The translations under genes were made by a program, and so were the position numbers. The notes under the pieces are model-generated. The model ran no database searches and was not told the origin of the DNA. It saw nothing but the letters and a program-made list of their open reading frames with translations. Below, in pieces: positions 62,242-64,000 of a DNA stretch of 64,000 nt. The stretch is taken from NCBI GenBank assembly GCA_965113315.1, contig OZ220368.1; one strand, 5' to 3'. Every line of letters starts with the position of its first letter. The stretch's first letter is position 1. This stretch comes from Podarcis vaucheri (lineage: Eukaryota).

Positions 62242-62741
62242 AACATTTAAACTTCAATGTATGCAACACCCAACTGTTAGCCATAAGCATACTTAGCACT
62301 AAGCAAGCTCTTAAGAAGAGCCAGGGGGCAAACTTACATGCATCAGAAGGAAGAAATATGATGGCTCAGTTTTCAGCAGGGGAAGGGAAGTGAATGTTCC
62401 ACTCCCTAATCATTCAAGGTCTCTCAACAGATAGCAGAGGACACAACAAAAACTTTTGTTGTGTCATATATGTGATTGGAAAGTTTAACTGCTTGTCCAC
62501 AATGAGACTTCTATCCTCATTTTGAATCTGTCTCCCAGTTAACCTCATATCCACCAGTTTTGTTCCACCAAGCCTTAAGGTGGTGTTCCTCTTGGGCTCA
62601 GATGGATTTTTAGATACACCCCTTTTCTGTGGTGAGGACTGCCTAAGGAAGCCATCTTGTTTTCCTCAGGAACACAGAGCTGCTATAGTAATCAGCTTCT
62701 TGAGAAGCCAATTTTGACCCCATTTTTGCATTTCCTGCTTT

Positions 62742-62803
62742 TCTGCACTCAATGAAGCATGTGATGTAAACTTTCTGTCACCACATGCTGACACCGTACA
62801 TAA
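62742..62803 (+). promoter_or_regulatory. SECIS element in the SELENOP2 3' UTR
   Basis: ATGA (62752-62755) + AGCATGTG-ATG stem, apical AAA (62768-62770), CAC-CACATGCT + GA (62790-62791): AUGA/AA/GA kink-turn architecture. Confidence 0.88.
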
Positions 62804-63208
62804 AAGCATGTCCTTGGAGATGGAAGGATGGGGATCAGAACTGGTATTAGCAGGAGGGTGACTGACTGTGGCAGAGAAGGATGACTTTGAGCCTAGGGCT
62901 CAAGATTTTGTACATTAAAGTCCATGCACACAAATTACTAGCTTGTAAAAAGACATTTGTTGTATTGCTGGAAGTAAAGAACATTTGCGGTTTGTAGGAA
63001 TGGAAGTGGTGAGACAGAATTAGCCAAGTTTACAGGTATGTTGATAGAGGTATGAAAGACAGAGAAGTCTGAGGTGAGAGTTGAGTTTGTCAGGGCTATG
63101 AGAGCTGAACAAGGGAAGAAAATGCCATTTGTCAGGAAAATTCATGAAAAGGGATGCACTGCTTGCTGATTAAAAGTAGTATAACTGTTTCTGGGAAAGA
63201 ATGTTGGA

Positions 63209-63214
63209 AATAAA
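63209..63214 (+). terminator. Candidate SELENOP2 polyadenylation signal
   Basis: First AATAAA after the SECIS. Confidence 0.45.
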
Positions 63215-64000
63215 TTTTCTGAAATGTTTGAAGTCTTTGCTCACAATACCTTAATGTACAAATGGTGTCATTTATTTCAGACAGTACACAGCATTGTAGA
63301 ACACGTATTCACCTTCAACATTTAAGAGATGTCCCATAGTTTATCTGCATTTTTGGCATACTAAGCAGTCCTTATTGAGAATAGTCCAGGTTCCTGTTAT
63401 TTGTTGAAGGTCAGTGAATTGGTGCATACTGTACAAGTCCTCCACATCCCAGTTTTAGGAAGCTACTGCTACAAATATTTACGGGAGGGTGTAATCTGTC
63501 TTTATTGTATTGTTAATGCTGATATGTATCCACCTATAATCTGTTTATTCCAAAGTAACCCTAGTTAGTAAAGCCAGCTAGACTAGACTGCAAATGGTGG
63601 CAGCTGCCCATAGGTTTATGGCATTTCTTTGAAGGCCTCAATTCCTTTTTATTACATCTCAGCTGGTGGCTAAAGGGACCAATCTTCAATTTACAGGACC
63701 TGCCATAGGTATAACATCTATAATAGCTAGCTCACAATTATAACCCTGCTGATTACACTCACACATGCTGTAGACTGGAGTGAAGAACTTATTTCAGCCC
63801 AAGGGCCACATTTGCTTCTGGGTAGCCTTCTGAGGGCTGCCTGCCAGTGGTGCACAGGGCCAGAGGCAAAAGTGAATGAAGCAACAATGGTTAATTTTAC
63901 CTTTCATACCAGTAGGCTAGTTTCTTCATGCTCACACATTCCTCTCTATTCTTCACCCAGGCAAGCAAGAAGCATGATCAGAATTCAATGAAATAAATGA

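Noticed and set aside
62242-62740. Second SECIS or remnant Sec-rich tail as in SELENOP1
   Set aside because: No second AUGA/AA/GA hairpin and no UGA/Cys-rich frame was seen.

Overview
Vertebrate genomic DNA, most likely a lacertid lizard (it carries a Sauria SINE and Squam3-type SINEs with (CTT)n tails). It holds the conserved block TESK2 (+, last 7 coding exons) - TOE1 (-, complete) - shared bidirectional promoter - MUTYH (+, complete, 15 coding exons) - HPDL (-, one coding exon) - SELENOP2/SelPb (+, 4 coding exons, in-frame UGA read as Sec in a UxxC motif, with a SECIS hairpin in the 3' UTR). I assembled the exons by eye from GT-AG junctions, and every join keeps the reading frame. Introns and intergenic DNA contain SINEs, CR1/L1 fragments, TA-flanked Tigger-like MITEs, hAT MITEs with 8-bp target-site duplications (TSDs) and a solo LTR. 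Most unusual items: (1) a 554-bp hAT element in a MUTYH intron carrying what looks like a captured CpG-island 5' exon (ATG, polyQ/polyP ORF) and a CRE; (2) an orphan CD69/CLEC2-type C-type lectin exon antisense in a TESK2 intron; (3) a tailless U6 retrocopy with a 15-bp TSD; (4) one MITE family whose copies have completely different, palindrome-built cores. Repeat family names and gene identities come from recognition, not database searches.
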